A stretch of 64,000 nucleotides of DNA from Gammaproteobacteria bacterium (GCA_965198875.1 CBDAPU010000001.1:495134-559133); one strand, 5' to 3'. Shown: positions 52,327-62,188, numbered from the stretch's first letter. Translations and numbers: made by a program. The notes: generated by a model from the letters alone, not told the origin.

Positions 52327-53193
52327 ATGTCTGAGAAATACCCTGTACAAGGTGCAGGTTTAGGTCTGCGGCGAGCCTTTATCGGCTCGCTCGTAGAGCC
52401 ACTCCCCGAGCAGGTGGATTTTATGGAAGTGGCCCCGGAGAACTGGATTGATGTGGGGGGTCGATTCGGTCGCCAGTTCCATGCCATCGCAGAGAAAATG
52501 CCCATCGTCTGTCACGGTCTGTCGTTAAATCTTGGCGGGCCCGCCCCCCTTGATGAGGCGTTTCTACACAAAGTCAGACAATTTCTCGATAAACACCGTG
52601 TTCGTTGTTATAGCGAGCATTTGAGTTATTGTGCGGATGATGGTCACTTATATGACTTGATGCCGATACCCTTCACAGATGAAGCCGTGCATTATGTCGC
52701 TGACAGGGTAAGGCGTACCCAGGACATCATCGGCAGGCGCATAGCCATTGAGAATGTGTCATATTACGCAGCGCCCGGCCAGGAGATGGATGAGATAGCG
52801 TTCATCCATCATGTGTTGGATGAGGCGGACTGCGATTTGTTGCTGGATATTAACAATATCTATGTGAATAGCATTAACCATCGCTATGATGCAGAGGCTT
52901 ATCTACAGGCCTTGCCGGCGGAGCGCATCGCCTACGCCCACGTTGCCGGTCACTATATGGAAGCTGAGGACTTGCGTGTTGATACCCATGGCGCTGACGT
53001 CATCGATCCGGTCTGGCGGTTGCTTGAGCTCGCCTATGAGCATTTTGGCGTGTTTCCAACACTGCTGGAACGAGACTTTAATATCCCCCCCCTGCCTGAA
53101 TTACTTGGCGAAGTAGATACCATCCATCACCTTCAGTTAAGGCAGGAAAGTCATTCTGATGAACCTGTCCGGCGATACGAACAAGTCCTTTAG
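52327..53193 (+). CDS. DUF692 / MNIO-family (MbnB-like) non-haem iron peptide-modifying enzyme
   Basis: GAGLGLRR...[10 protein letters not shown]...HGLSLNLGG...YSEHLSY...IENVSYY...[11 protein letters not shown]...AHVAGH...VDTHG...LERDFNIPP. This is the ordered motif string I associate with DUF692 TIM-barrel proteins. Confidence 0.85.
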   Translation: MSEKYPVQGAGLGLRRAFIGSLVEPLPEQVDFMEVAPENWIDVGGRFGRQFHAIAEKMPIVCHGLSLNLGGPAPLDEAFLHKVRQFLDKHRVRCYSEHLSYCADDGHLYDLMPIPFTDEAVHYVADRVRRTQDIIGRRIAIENVSYYAAPGQEMDEIAFIHHVLDEADCDLLLDINNIYVNSINHRYDAEAYLQALPAERIAYAHVAGHYMEAEDLRVDTHGADVIDPVWRLLELAYEHFGVFPTLLERDFNIPPLPELLGEVDTIHHLQLRQESHSDEPVRRYEQVL

Positions 53194-53935
53194 GGATATT
53201 CAATATCAATTCACCCGGCACATGCGTGATCCGGTGAATGCGCCTGCGCCCGCTGATGTTGAAGACAGGCGTATGGCCATCTACCGGGATCTGCTTTATC
53301 GAAATGTAGAAGGTTTCCTGGCCAACAGCTTCCCGGTATTGAGGAAGGTTTTAACCGATGATCAATGGCATACCCTGATCCGGCATTATCTTAAACATCA
53401 TCAGTCTCACACCCCCCTGTTCCCTAAAATGCCCCAGGAGTTTTTGCAGTATCTACAGGACGAACGAGGCGATGATGAGGAGGTGTATCCTTTTATCTGC
53501 GAATTGGCGCATTATGAGTGGGTGGAGCTGGCGCTATCCATTGACAGCCGAGAGATCAGATCGGCCGGGGTCGATGAGGGAGGCGATCTGCTATCCGGCG
53601 TCCCGATACTGAACGAGCTGGCCTGGCCGCTCGCCTATGAATACCCGGTGCATCGGATCAGCCCTGATTATTTACCGGGCGCCAAGCCCGAACAACCCGT
53701 CTATTTAATCGTCTATCGGAACCGCCGTGATGAAGTGGGTTTTACCGAGCTCAATCCCGTTTCAGCCCGGCTGGTCGATTGCTTAAAGGAGAATAAAAGC
53801 AGATCAGGTCGGGACATTCTTCTCGGCATAGCAAACGAGATGTCACACCCTGAACCCGATGTGGTGATAAAAGGCGGACATGAAACCCTCAGGGAGATGC
53901 GGGAGAAGCAGATCATACTTGGAATAAAACAATAA
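53159..53935 (+). CDS. DUF2063-domain partner protein of the MNIO enzyme (RiPP maturation/recognition subunit)
   Basis: The N-terminus [15 protein letters not shown]...[28 protein letters not shown]...W resembles DUF2063 openings. Overlaps the DUF692 gene by 35 nt. Confidence 0.72.
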   Translation: MNLSGDTNKSFRDIQYQFTRHMRDPVNAPAPADVEDRRMAIYRDLLYRNVEGFLANSFPVLRKVLTDDQWHTLIRHYLKHHQSHTPLFPKMPQEFLQYLQDERGDDEEVYPFICELAHYEWVELALSIDSREIRSAGVDEGGDLLSGVPILNELAWPLAYEYPVHRISPDYLPGAKPEQPVYLIVYRNRRDEVGFTELNPVSARLVDCLKENKSRSGRDILLGIANEMSHPEPDVVIKGGHETLREMREKQIILGIKQ

Positions 53936-54410
53936 CCCCATCCGTGCTCTGGTAAACCACTGCAGGCACAGAAACTTCTCGTCATGATCACGCCACTTTT
54001 CTGGCGAGATGCTTTTGCTGGATGCACAATGTGAGAATGCGTATAGCGGCATAACTGCGCCAGCGGCTGATATGCAATCAACCATGTAAAGAAGGCCGCC
54101 CATGTAACACGCAGGAGCTTGTCCGGTAATTACACATGGCGGATGATATTGCCGATATGGGTGTGAGCATTTGGTGGGCGAGCCTCTCGTCAGTATTGTC
54201 GCCCTGTGCCGGGATGCGTTGCCTTTTAATGGTGCATGAGGCTTTATCATGATCAGCCACATTCGAGAGGCGCTGATAAACCTAAGTGTTTTGCTACCAT
54301 TGGGATAATGCTCCCCGCAAGTGAAAAAAGACAGGGCCCATGGGCAATTTTATAAAGCCCGTTGTCTGATATACTGGGCGAGTTCAAACGCATCAGGGGG
54401 CAAGGGGAAT

Positions 54411-55025
54411 ATGATTGATCTCGCCAATAAAGCACAGGGCATACTCGATAAAATCAGGGAGAGTCTGGATTTTATTGGCTCCGCTTTGCTTAGATTGTAT
54501 CTGGCCCCGGTATTTTGGGTGGCCGGCAACAACAAATGGAACCCCCTGGATGAGGACAGCTCACTTGATTCAACCATTGCCTGGTTCGGTAGTACTGAAG
54601 GCGGGCTGGGCCTGCCTTTTCCAACGATAAATGCCTATATGGCTTGGGGCGCAGAGTATTTTGGCGCAATCATTCTGGCCCTGGGGCTGGCTACGAGATG
54701 GGTTTGCATCCCCTTGATGATCACCATGGTGGTTGCCGCTACGACAGTACACATTGGGCATGGCTGGCAGGCAATCCACGATCCCGTCAGTCCCTATGCC
54801 TCAGCTAACGTCGGGGAGGCTATCGACAGATTATCAGAGGCGAGGGCCATCCTTAGAGAGCACGGTGATTATCACCACCTAACGGAGCACGGTAGCTTTG
54901 TCATATCCAACAACGGTATAGAATGGGCGGCCACCTATTTCATTATGTTAGCGGCGCTGTTCTTCCTGGGGGGCGGTCGCTTTATCAGCCTGGATTATTG
55001 GATTAAGAAAAAATTTGGCCCATGA
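54411..55025 (+). CDS. DoxX-family membrane protein
   Basis: LLRLYLAPVFWVAGNNKW...YFGAIILALGLATRWVCIPLMITMVVAATTVH has the DoxX-like helix pattern. ATG 54411 has AAGGGGA upstream; the tracked ORF opens at GTG 54321. Confidence 0.65.
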   Translation: MIDLANKAQGILDKIRESLDFIGSALLRLYLAPVFWVAGNNKWNPLDEDSSLDSTIAWFGSTEGGLGLPFPTINAYMAWGAEYFGAIILALGLATRWVCIPLMITMVVAATTVHIGHGWQAIHDPVSPYASANVGEAIDRLSEARAILREHGDYHHLTEHGSFVISNNGIEWAATYFIMLAALFFLGGGRFISLDYWIKKKFGP

Positions 55026-55075
55026 AACCGGTGATGGGTAAAATGCGCTAGTCGCGTCCTTCGCGCACTGTCATC

Positions 55076-56317
55076 ATGCTCACTCCCGAAGGCGTCCTTT
55101 TCTTTTTTGTGTTGTTGCTACTGGCGGCGCTAATGGAACCGATCGCCAATCAGCATAAAATCCCCGTCAGTGTTGTGCTGGTTTTACTGGGGTTCATAGG
55201 CTCGGAGATCACCACAGGCGTCTTTGGTATTGATACCGGGATCCGCTGGGATAATTTCCAGTTGATCATCTTTCATATTTTTATCCCCATCATTATTTTC
55301 TCCGCCGCACTGAAACTGAATATCCAGTCAATATGGCAAAACGCCATACCGATATTTTTTATCGCTTTCCCGTTTATGTGGATCTCAACGGCGATAACGG
55401 CGACGATACTGTACTTTGGCATAGGGCATGCCACGGGTTTTCCCTGGATGGTGGCGTTACTCACCGGCGCTTTATTGGCGGCGACCGCCCCCTCTGCAAT
55501 CATCTCCGTATTAAAGAGACAGCCTGTCCCTGAGAAATTACTCATATTGCTAGATGGCGAAGGTCTGTTTAATGACGTGGGGGCGATAATATTATTCATG
55601 CTGTTGATCTCACTTACCCTGGCGGGCAGTGACAATATAGATCCCCAGACCATCGCCAGTAATTTTGGCATTGCACTGTTTGGCGGCGTTCTGGTTGGCC
55701 TCATTTCGGGTGCATTGGCCGGTTTATTCTTAAAGTTGTTGCCTGATCCCCATTTAAAGACGTTGATCACCCTGTTATCGGCTTACGGGGTTTATATCAT
55801 CGCCGATGATTTCCTGCATGTCTCCGCTGTCATTGCGGTATTAACCGCAGGGCTCGTTATAAGGCAAACCGGAGAATGGTTTAATGTCAGCTCGGATTTC
55901 ACCGACAGATTCTGGGGGTTTGCCGAACACATTACCGACTCCCTGATCTTTTTATTGGCGGGCGTCACCATCACCCTGTCAATGTTCTCCAATCAGTGGA
56001 AAGCCATGTTGATCGGCATCGTTGCTGTTTTAATAGCAAGGGGCACGCTATTTTTTATGTTGATGCCTTTACTGGGTCTATTCTCGAGGGCATGTAAAAT
56101 GCCGTTAAAACACCAGGCGGTATTAACCTGGGGCGGTGTGCGTGGCACGGTGACGCTCGCCCTTGCCCTGTCTTTGCCATTAGAGCTGGACGCCTGGTAT
56201 ACGGTGCAATCCATCGCCTACGGTGTGGTGATCTTCGCCCTCTTTATACAAACCACAACGATGGGGGCACTGATACGAAAACTGGATCTATCCTGGAAAA
56301 ACCCACCAGTCATCTAG
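55076..56317 (+). CDS. cation:proton antiporter (CPA1/NhaP-like), membrane domain only
   Basis: 413 aa with ~11-12 TM helices and Na+/H+ exchanger-like segments (LLDGEGLFNDVGAIILF, TWGGVRGTVTLALALSLP). Confidence 0.75.
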   Translation: MLTPEGVLFFFVLLLLAALMEPIANQHKIPVSVVLVLLGFIGSEITTGVFGIDTGIRWDNFQLIIFHIFIPIIIFSAALKLNIQSIWQNAIPIFFIAFPFMWISTAITATILYFGIGHATGFPWMVALLTGALLAATAPSAIISVLKRQPVPEKLLILLDGEGLFNDVGAIILFMLLISLTLAGSDNIDPQTIASNFGIALFGGVLVGLISGALAGLFLKLLPDPHLKTLITLLSAYGVYIIADDFLHVSAVIAVLTAGLVIRQTGEWFNVSSDFTDRFWGFAEHITDSLIFLLAGVTITLSMFSNQWKAMLIGIVAVLIARGTLFFMLMPLLGLFSRACKMPLKHQAVLTWGGVRGTVTLALALSLPLELDAWYTVQSIAYGVVIFALFIQTTTMGALIRKLDLSWKNPPVI

Positions 56318-56552
56318 CCCATCCGCCAGCGCATGTCCACGGAATGTGCTTGACGTTATTCAGGCATAACGATGACTGCCTCAACAGAGTAGCCATGCAC
56401 CTGGCCTCCGCTCACAATGGCTTGATGATCTGCTTGAGGCGGGCGCATCGCTTCTCCTTCGCTCTCTTTATCTTCGCCAACGGCTTTTCAAGCAAAGGCA
56501 CTTGGCAATGGCGAGCAAAGAAGGTGAGTAAAACCCCTGTTATGGACGAAGA

Positions 56553-56819
56553 CTAGCGGCGTTTTTTGCCTTTTCTACCCCGTGGCTCCTGGAAATTAAC
56601 CCGAAGATACTTGCCGTTATACATCTTGCCGTTAAGACCATCGATTGCCGCCCTGGCCTCATGCCCTTCCATATCCACAAAGGCGAACCCCTTGCATTGG
56701 CCGGAGAACACGTCCGTTGCAATTTGTATGCCCCTCACCCTTCCATACTCTGAAAAGAGCTCGGTTAAGGCGGCTTCGGTTGTATCAGACGGCAGACTGC
56801 CTACGAACATTCTTTTCAA
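56553..56819 (-). CDS. RRM-type (RNP-1/RNP-2) RNA-binding protein with a basic tail
   Basis: RNP-2 MFVGSL, RNP-1 KGFAFVDM, C-terminal RGRKGKKRR. 88 aa. Confidence 0.82.
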   Translation of the reverse strand: MKRMFVGSLPSDTTEAALTELFSEYGRVRGIQIATDVFSGQCKGFAFVDMEGHEARAAIDGLNGKMYNGKYLRVNFQEPRGRKGKKRR

Positions 56820-56899
56820 GACGATACCTTCTCCCGAGTCTTGGGGGGTTTTAATAAATATGGATGCGCCCTATGCCAGGGGAGGCATAACGAAAAACG

Positions 56900-57103
56900 C
56901 TATGCTATCCTCACGTTGGCAGCCTGTAGACCTTTATCGCTTGTTTGTGTTTCAAAGGAAACACTCTGGCCTTCATTCAGCGTCTTAAAGCCTTCCGCCT
57001 GGATGGCGGAGAAATGCACAAAAACATCAGGGCTGCCGTCATCCGGCGTTATAAAGCCATAGCCCTTGGATTCATTAAACCACTTAACAGTACCTGTCGC
57101 CAT
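56900..57103 (-). CDS. cspA: cold-shock protein, CspA family
   Basis: [34 protein letters not shown]. 67 aa. Confidence 0.95.
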   Translation of the reverse strand: MATGTVKWFNESKGYGFITPDDGSPDVFVHFSAIQAEGFKTLNEGQSVSFETQTSDKGLQAANVRIA

Positions 57104-57599
57104 GTATCACCTCTCATAATATAATGTATGTGTTTGTTGCAAATTCAAAAAGGTAATACAGGAAAAACCGGGTGGAATTACTGAATTGACCAGAGAAATT
57201 GTGCAAACTCCCTATAGTCTGTACGAAAATAAACGAATTGGCAACACTTATAAGTCCCTCCAATGCAACCACCCCAATGAAACCGCCATGCTATCGCTTT
57301 GCCGGGGACGCGGAAACCCAGGTGGGATTTTCTGCAAAACGCCTGTTTTTCGGCGACTCAACCCCTGTGCGGGGTGAGACATGTCTGTGTCAAGCGGTGG
57401 TCTGATCCGCTACTATTAGCGGGTATCAATGCTGCTTTCTCATCGGGCTGTCATTGATATCGGGTTTCGGGTATAAAATACGCCGTCATTTTGCTGTCGC
57501 AGCATTTACCTGCTCAGCACGTAAAACCCTTGCAGGCATAATGATACTTTGCGTTACCTGTCTCTTTAATGAGTAAATCGACAAAACAAAGAGCGCCTT

Positions 57600-58067
57600 A
57601 TGAGCAATCGGGAAATAACAGAAGCGGACATGTTAGAGCGTATATTTACGATGCAAACCGATCTCAATAATTACGTCTTTAGAAAAAATAATATCAAATG
57701 CCCGTCCGGGGGCGTCTTAACCATGGAGGGCATATTCTCCGCTGTGAATAACGGCGCTCTCAAGGTCAATGAGTTGCCCAACGCCTGGCTGGCAAATTAT
57801 GCAAGAGCGATGCGGGAAGAGGTGGCCGAGCTCGATGAGGCGTTGCTTTGGAAATGGTGGAGCCGGGATGAGATCGATATGCAGAACATCAGAGTGGAAC
57901 TTATCGATATACTGCATTTTCTTGTATCCGCCATGATCTGTGCGGGGCTGACGCCTGAAAAAGTCTATGATATTTATCGTCAAAAACATGCGGTTAATCT
58001 CAGCAGGCAGGATAGGGGTTACAGCAAGGCGACAAAAACGGAAGATGACAATAAACACATCAGTTGA
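57600..58067 (+). CDS. all-alpha NTP pyrophosphohydrolase, dimeric-dUTPase-like
   Basis: 155 aa. The pattern MQTDLN...MREEVAELDEAL.WKWW...ELIDILHFLVS resembles the dimeric dUTPase / MazG-like fold family. Assignment is from memory. Confidence 0.5.
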   Translation: MSNREITEADMLERIFTMQTDLNNYVFRKNNIKCPSGGVLTMEGIFSAVNNGALKVNELPNAWLANYARAMREEVAELDEALLWKWWSRDEIDMQNIRVELIDILHFLVSAMICAGLTPEKVYDIYRQKHAVNLSRQDRGYSKATKTEDDNKHIS

Positions 58068-58194
58068 TTATTTCGAGTAAGGAAGAGCATGGGTGTTGTT
58101 GTTCACCGGAGTGAGAAAATCACGCCCTGAAAATAAAACTGGATAGCGGCCGGTTTGCCGGATTTCGCTGAAATACCTATGGCTGGATAATGAT

Positions 58195-59187
58195 ATGCAG
58201 AAAATGAATAATATTGCCAAACTCATCGGTATTGCCATCGGCATGTATGTTGTGTTGATCCTGACAGTGATGTTTTTCTGGGACGCTGAGCCGGATACTT
58301 TCAACGTCAGGGAAACCGCCCTTGCGAGACTTGACGGAGATGGTGAGCCGGTCACCGGATATATCACCACCGCCACGCTGATTGAAGTCATGGATATTAC
58401 CCTGGATAAACGGGGCGGCTATCTCAGCAACGATATCTTCCCCCCCGGCGTGTTGATGGATAACGTGCCGAACTGGGAGTTTGGTGTGATCACCCAGGTG
58501 CGGGACCTGGCGCGGGCGTTCAGAAATGATTTTAGTCGCTCACAGACGCAGTCAACGGAAGACCCGGATCTCAGCATCGCCGATCCGCAGTTTCACTTTG
58601 ATACGACATCATGGATTCTACCGGCCACTGAAAGTGAATACCGTAGCGGTGTGGCGGCGCTGGAAAATTACAGTAAGCGTCTTGGTGATGCCAGGCAACA
58701 GGACGCCCAATTTTTCTCCCGTGCCGATAACCTGAAAGACTGGCTCGCCATTGTTGAGAAAAGACTGGGGAGTTTGTCTCAACGATTGAGCGCCAGCGTG
58801 GGGCAAACGCGTGTGAATACGGATCTGCAAGGCGATACCGCCGCCGTTCAGTCCACGGCAAAACCTGAAACCGTGGTTGTAAAAACACCCCGGCATGAAA
58901 TTGACGATGTCTTCTATGAGGCGCGCGGGGCAACCTGGGCGTTGATCCATTTTCTCCGCGCTGTGGAGGTGGACTTTGAGCAGGTATTGATCAAGAAAAA
59001 CGCCCTGGTCAGTCTACGGCAAATCATTCGTGAGCTGGAGGCGACCCAGGATCCGGTGTGGAGTCCGATCATATTAAATGGCACAGGCTTTGGCCCCATG
59101 GCCAACCACTCTTTGGTGATGGCCTCTTATATCTCAAGGGCGAATGCGGCGGTTATCGATCTGGCGAACCTGCTGGAGCAGGGTTGA
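58195..59187 (+). CDS. DUF2333-family membrane-anchored protein
   Basis: N-terminal TM helix. GGYLSNDIFPPGVLMDNVPNWEFGVITQVRDLARAFRNDFSRSQTQSTEDPDL matches my recollection of DUF2333. Confidence 0.55.
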   Translation: MQKMNNIAKLIGIAIGMYVVLILTVMFFWDAEPDTFNVRETALARLDGDGEPVTGYITTATLIEVMDITLDKRGGYLSNDIFPPGVLMDNVPNWEFGVITQVRDLARAFRNDFSRSQTQSTEDPDLSIADPQFHFDTTSWILPATESEYRSGVAALENYSKRLGDARQQDAQFFSRADNLKDWLAIVEKRLGSLSQRLSASVGQTRVNTDLQGDTAAVQSTAKPETVVVKTPRHEIDDVFYEARGATWALIHFLRAVEVDFEQVLIKKNALVSLRQIIRELEATQDPVWSPIILNGTGFGPMANHSLVMASYISRANAAVIDLANLLEQG

Positions 59188-59215
59188 TGGCGTCATCTCA
59201 CCCGCACCTTTCCTC

Positions 59216-59674
59216 ATGAACCCATCTGTCGGACAACATTTTTTTATCATAGCTTGCCTGTTGCTTGCGATAACGGCGGCTCATGCAGATGAGGCCCTAT
59301 TCAAGAGCGGTGATCTGATCATCGAGACAAAAGAGAAGTCCCTGAGATATAAAATTGATGTTGCTGATAACGAGCATTCAAGGAGCCGGGGGCTGATGCA
59401 CAGACACACCCTGCCATCAGATCAGGGCATGTTACTGCTTTATAAGACGCCGAGACGGGTTAATATCTGGATGAGAAATACCTTCGTGCCGCTGGATATT
59501 ATCTATATCAACGATAAAGGCGACATCGTTAAAATCATAGAAAACGCCGAGCCTCAATCAACCCGGTTGATGCCATCTGAAGGAGAGGTCAAAGCGGTTT
59601 TGGAGCTGAAGGCGGGACAGGTGCGCGCGCAGAGAATTGCAGTGGGCGATCCGATCCGTTATCAGCTACATTAA
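59216..59674 (+). CDS. DUF192-domain secreted protein
   Basis: Signal peptide MNPSVGQHFFIIACLLLAITAAHA. SRSRGLMHRHTLPSDQGMLLLY...IWMRNTFVPLDIIYI is DUF192-like. The start is taken at internal ATG 59216. Confidence 0.7.
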   Translation: MNPSVGQHFFIIACLLLAITAAHADEALFKSGDLIIETKEKSLRYKIDVADNEHSRSRGLMHRHTLPSDQGMLLLYKTPRRVNIWMRNTFVPLDIIYINDKGDIVKIIENAEPQSTRLMPSEGEVKAVLELKAGQVRAQRIAVGDPIRYQLH

Positions 59675-59723
59675 CCTGGCCCGGGTACGGCTGATACGCT
59701 GATAAGCGCTCTTAGCAGATCCC

Positions 59724-60881
59724 ATGATGAAGATCATTATTGCGCCGGATTCGTTCAAGGAAAATTTAACCTCTATGGAAGTCGCCAAGGCCATGGAAGT
59801 CGGTATTAAACGGGTCCTGCCTAAAGCGAGATGTATAAAAATACCGGTGGCCGACGGGGGTGAGGGGACTGTCCAGGCTTTTATTGATGCAAGGGGTGGT
59901 CAATGGGTGGCCTGCCGGGTGAGAGGACCGATGGGCCGAACCATGAAAGCACGATACGGGCGCCTGGCCGATAAAAAAACTGCGGTAATAGAAATGGCGG
60001 CCGCATCGGGCCTGGCGCTGCTGACAGGCAAAAACAGAAATCCCCTGGAAACCACCACCTACGGCACCGGGCAGTTGATGGTGCATGCCATGAACAGGGG
60101 CGCCAGGAAGATCATATTGGGCATTGGCGGCTCGGCCACCAATGATGGTGGCGTGGGCATGGCCCAAGCCCTGGGCGTTGTGTTCAGAGATGATAAGGGC
60201 CGTATCATTCGCCAAAACGGCAGCGGCGGCATGTTGGGTACAATCCGCTCTATCCACATTGATGGTGTGCATAAAAAATTAACCAGTACACCCATACTGG
60301 TTGCCTGTGATGTTGATAATCCATTTTGCGGCAAGCAAGGCGCAGCCTATGTGTTTGCCCCGCAGAAAGGGGCGAGCGCTTCTGTGGTCAAGCGCCTGGA
60401 TCAGGGCTTAAAACACCTTGCCGCCATCATTGAACGTGACGTTGGTATTGATGTGAGCGACATACCGGGGGCGGGGGCAGCCGGTGGTCTGGGCGGCGGG
60501 CTTTTGGCGTTTACCAACTGCAAATTGAAAAGTGGTATCGACATCATCAGCAAGGCAACATCCATAGAGAGACAGATGAGATCGGCCGCACTGGTTCTAA
60601 CCGGTGAAGGCCGTGTTGATTTCCAGACCGCCTTCGGCAAAACACCGGCAGGTATCGCCAGGCTGGCAAAGAAACAGGGCGTGCCGGTCATTGCTATCGG
60701 TGGCGGGATAGCTGATGATGTTGGCGAGCTCTTCTCCCATGGCATTCATGGTCTTGAGGCGGCGATTGCTCGTGATATGCCATTGTCAGAGGCGTTGACA
60801 AACTCCAGGGACTATATTGCCAATGCGGCAGAGCGGGTCATGCGGCTCATTCTGATCGGGCGCAACATGAAAAAGACATAA
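59724..60881 (+). CDS. glxK: glycerate kinase
   Basis: MKIIIAPDSFKENLTSMEVAKAM...PVADGGEGTV N-terminus. 385 aa. Confidence 0.9.
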   Translation: MMKIIIAPDSFKENLTSMEVAKAMEVGIKRVLPKARCIKIPVADGGEGTVQAFIDARGGQWVACRVRGPMGRTMKARYGRLADKKTAVIEMAAASGLALLTGKNRNPLETTTYGTGQLMVHAMNRGARKIILGIGGSATNDGGVGMAQALGVVFRDDKGRIIRQNGSGGMLGTIRSIHIDGVHKKLTSTPILVACDVDNPFCGKQGAAYVFAPQKGASASVVKRLDQGLKHLAAIIERDVGIDVSDIPGAGAAGGLGGGLLAFTNCKLKSGIDIISKATSIERQMRSAALVLTGEGRVDFQTAFGKTPAGIARLAKKQGVPVIAIGGGIADDVGELFSHGIHGLEAAIARDMPLSEALTNSRDYIANAAERVMRLILIGRNMKKT

Positions 60882-60882
60882 C

Positions 60883-62148
60883 ATGATGTTATCGAAGTTC
60901 GCACAACGTTTTTCCAAACAGTCCGGTATCGTCCTGCTGATGGATGACCTGGCCGACGCCCTGGCTGGTGGGGAAGATATGTTCATGCTCGGAGGTGGCA
61001 ATCCCGCCCATATTCCTGAAGTGCAATCTTTTTTTCAGGACAGGATCCAGCGGCTCCTTAATAACCCGGCAGAGTTTGCCCATGTTATCGGTGATTATGA
61101 TCCACCCCAGGGCGATAAGGTCTTTTTAACGGCGCTGGCGGATCTGTTAAATCGCAAATACGGATGGGAGGTGGGCTCAGGCAACATCGCCCTGACTTCG
61201 GGCAGCCAGTCGGCGTTTTTTATGTTGTTTAACATGTATGCCGGTGAATATGAAGATGGCGGCAGAAAAAAAATCCTGTTGCCGCTGGCCCCGGAGTATA
61301 TCGGTTACGGGGATGTGGGATTGCTCCCCGACATGTTCATCGCATACAGACCCACCATAGAAAAACTCGGTGATCACACCTTTAAGTATCATGTGGATTT
61401 TGAAAACCTGATCGTGGATAAATCAGTGGGCGCAATCTGTGTGTCAAGACCGACAAATCCCACCGGGAATGTATTGACCGATGAAGAAGTATCAAAACTC
61501 ATCACATTGGCGTCCCATCACCATGTGCCGTTGATCCTGGACAGCGCCTACGGCATGCCGTTTCCAGGCATTATATTCACTGAAGCTGACTTGATGTGGA
61601 ATGAAAACATCATCCTCAGCATGAGTTTATCTAAACTGGGTCTGCCCGGCACGCGCACGGGGATCATCATCGCACAGGAGAAGGTGATTAAAACCATCAG
61701 CAATATAAACGGGATCATCAATCTCGCCCCGGGCAGTATCGGCCCGGCATTGGCGCTTGATCTGATAAAGTCAGATGAGGTAACACACATTAGCCGGACA
61801 ATCATAAAACCCTACTATGCAAGAAAGGCAAAACGTGCCCTGGCGTTATTGCATGAGCGGTTATCGGGGGTGGATTATTATATACACAGGGCCGAAGGGG
61901 CGATTTTTCTCTGGCTCTGGTTTCCGCACCTATCGATAACATGCGAAGAGCTGTATCATCGCCTGAAGCGAAGGGGCGTTTTAATTATACCCGGCCACTA
62001 TTTCTTTCCCGGGCTGGAAGACGATGACTGGCGGCACAAGCATGAATGTATCCGTATAACCTACTCCATGGATGATGACATCGTCAGCGCCGGGATAAAC
62101 ATCATCGCCGATGAAGTAAAACAACATCAAACTGCCAGGATGAGATGA
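60883..62148 (+). CDS. avtA: valine--pyruvate aminotransferase
   Basis: Colinear with E. coli AvtA by eye (GIVLLMDDL, MLGGGNPAHIPE, YDPPQG, LPLAPEYIGY, FKYHVDFE, CVSRPTNPTGNV, SLSKLGLPG, EGAIFLWLWF). Confidence 0.9.
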   Translation: MMLSKFAQRFSKQSGIVLLMDDLADALAGGEDMFMLGGGNPAHIPEVQSFFQDRIQRLLNNPAEFAHVIGDYDPPQGDKVFLTALADLLNRKYGWEVGSGNIALTSGSQSAFFMLFNMYAGEYEDGGRKKILLPLAPEYIGYGDVGLLPDMFIAYRPTIEKLGDHTFKYHVDFENLIVDKSVGAICVSRPTNPTGNVLTDEEVSKLITLASHHHVPLILDSAYGMPFPGIIFTEADLMWNENIILSMSLSKLGLPGTRTGIIIAQEKVIKTISNINGIINLAPGSIGPALALDLIKSDEVTHISRTIIKPYYARKAKRALALLHERLSGVDYYIHRAEGAIFLWLWFPHLSITCEELYHRLKRRGVLIIPGHYFFPGLEDDDWRHKHECIRITYSMDDDIVSAGINIIADEVKQHQTARMR

Positions 62149-62188
62149 GCGGCATTAGCAGGTTGCCCGCCAGCGGATCAATGACGAT

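Noticed and set aside
51910-52363. Alternative-frame and antisense ORFs over the Cys-repeat gene (51910..52251 -, 52016..52363 +, 52041..52295 -)
   Set aside because: They are by-products of the GAA/GGC/AAA-rich repeats. Only the 51892 frame has an RBS, a signal peptide and the expected context upstream of DUF692.
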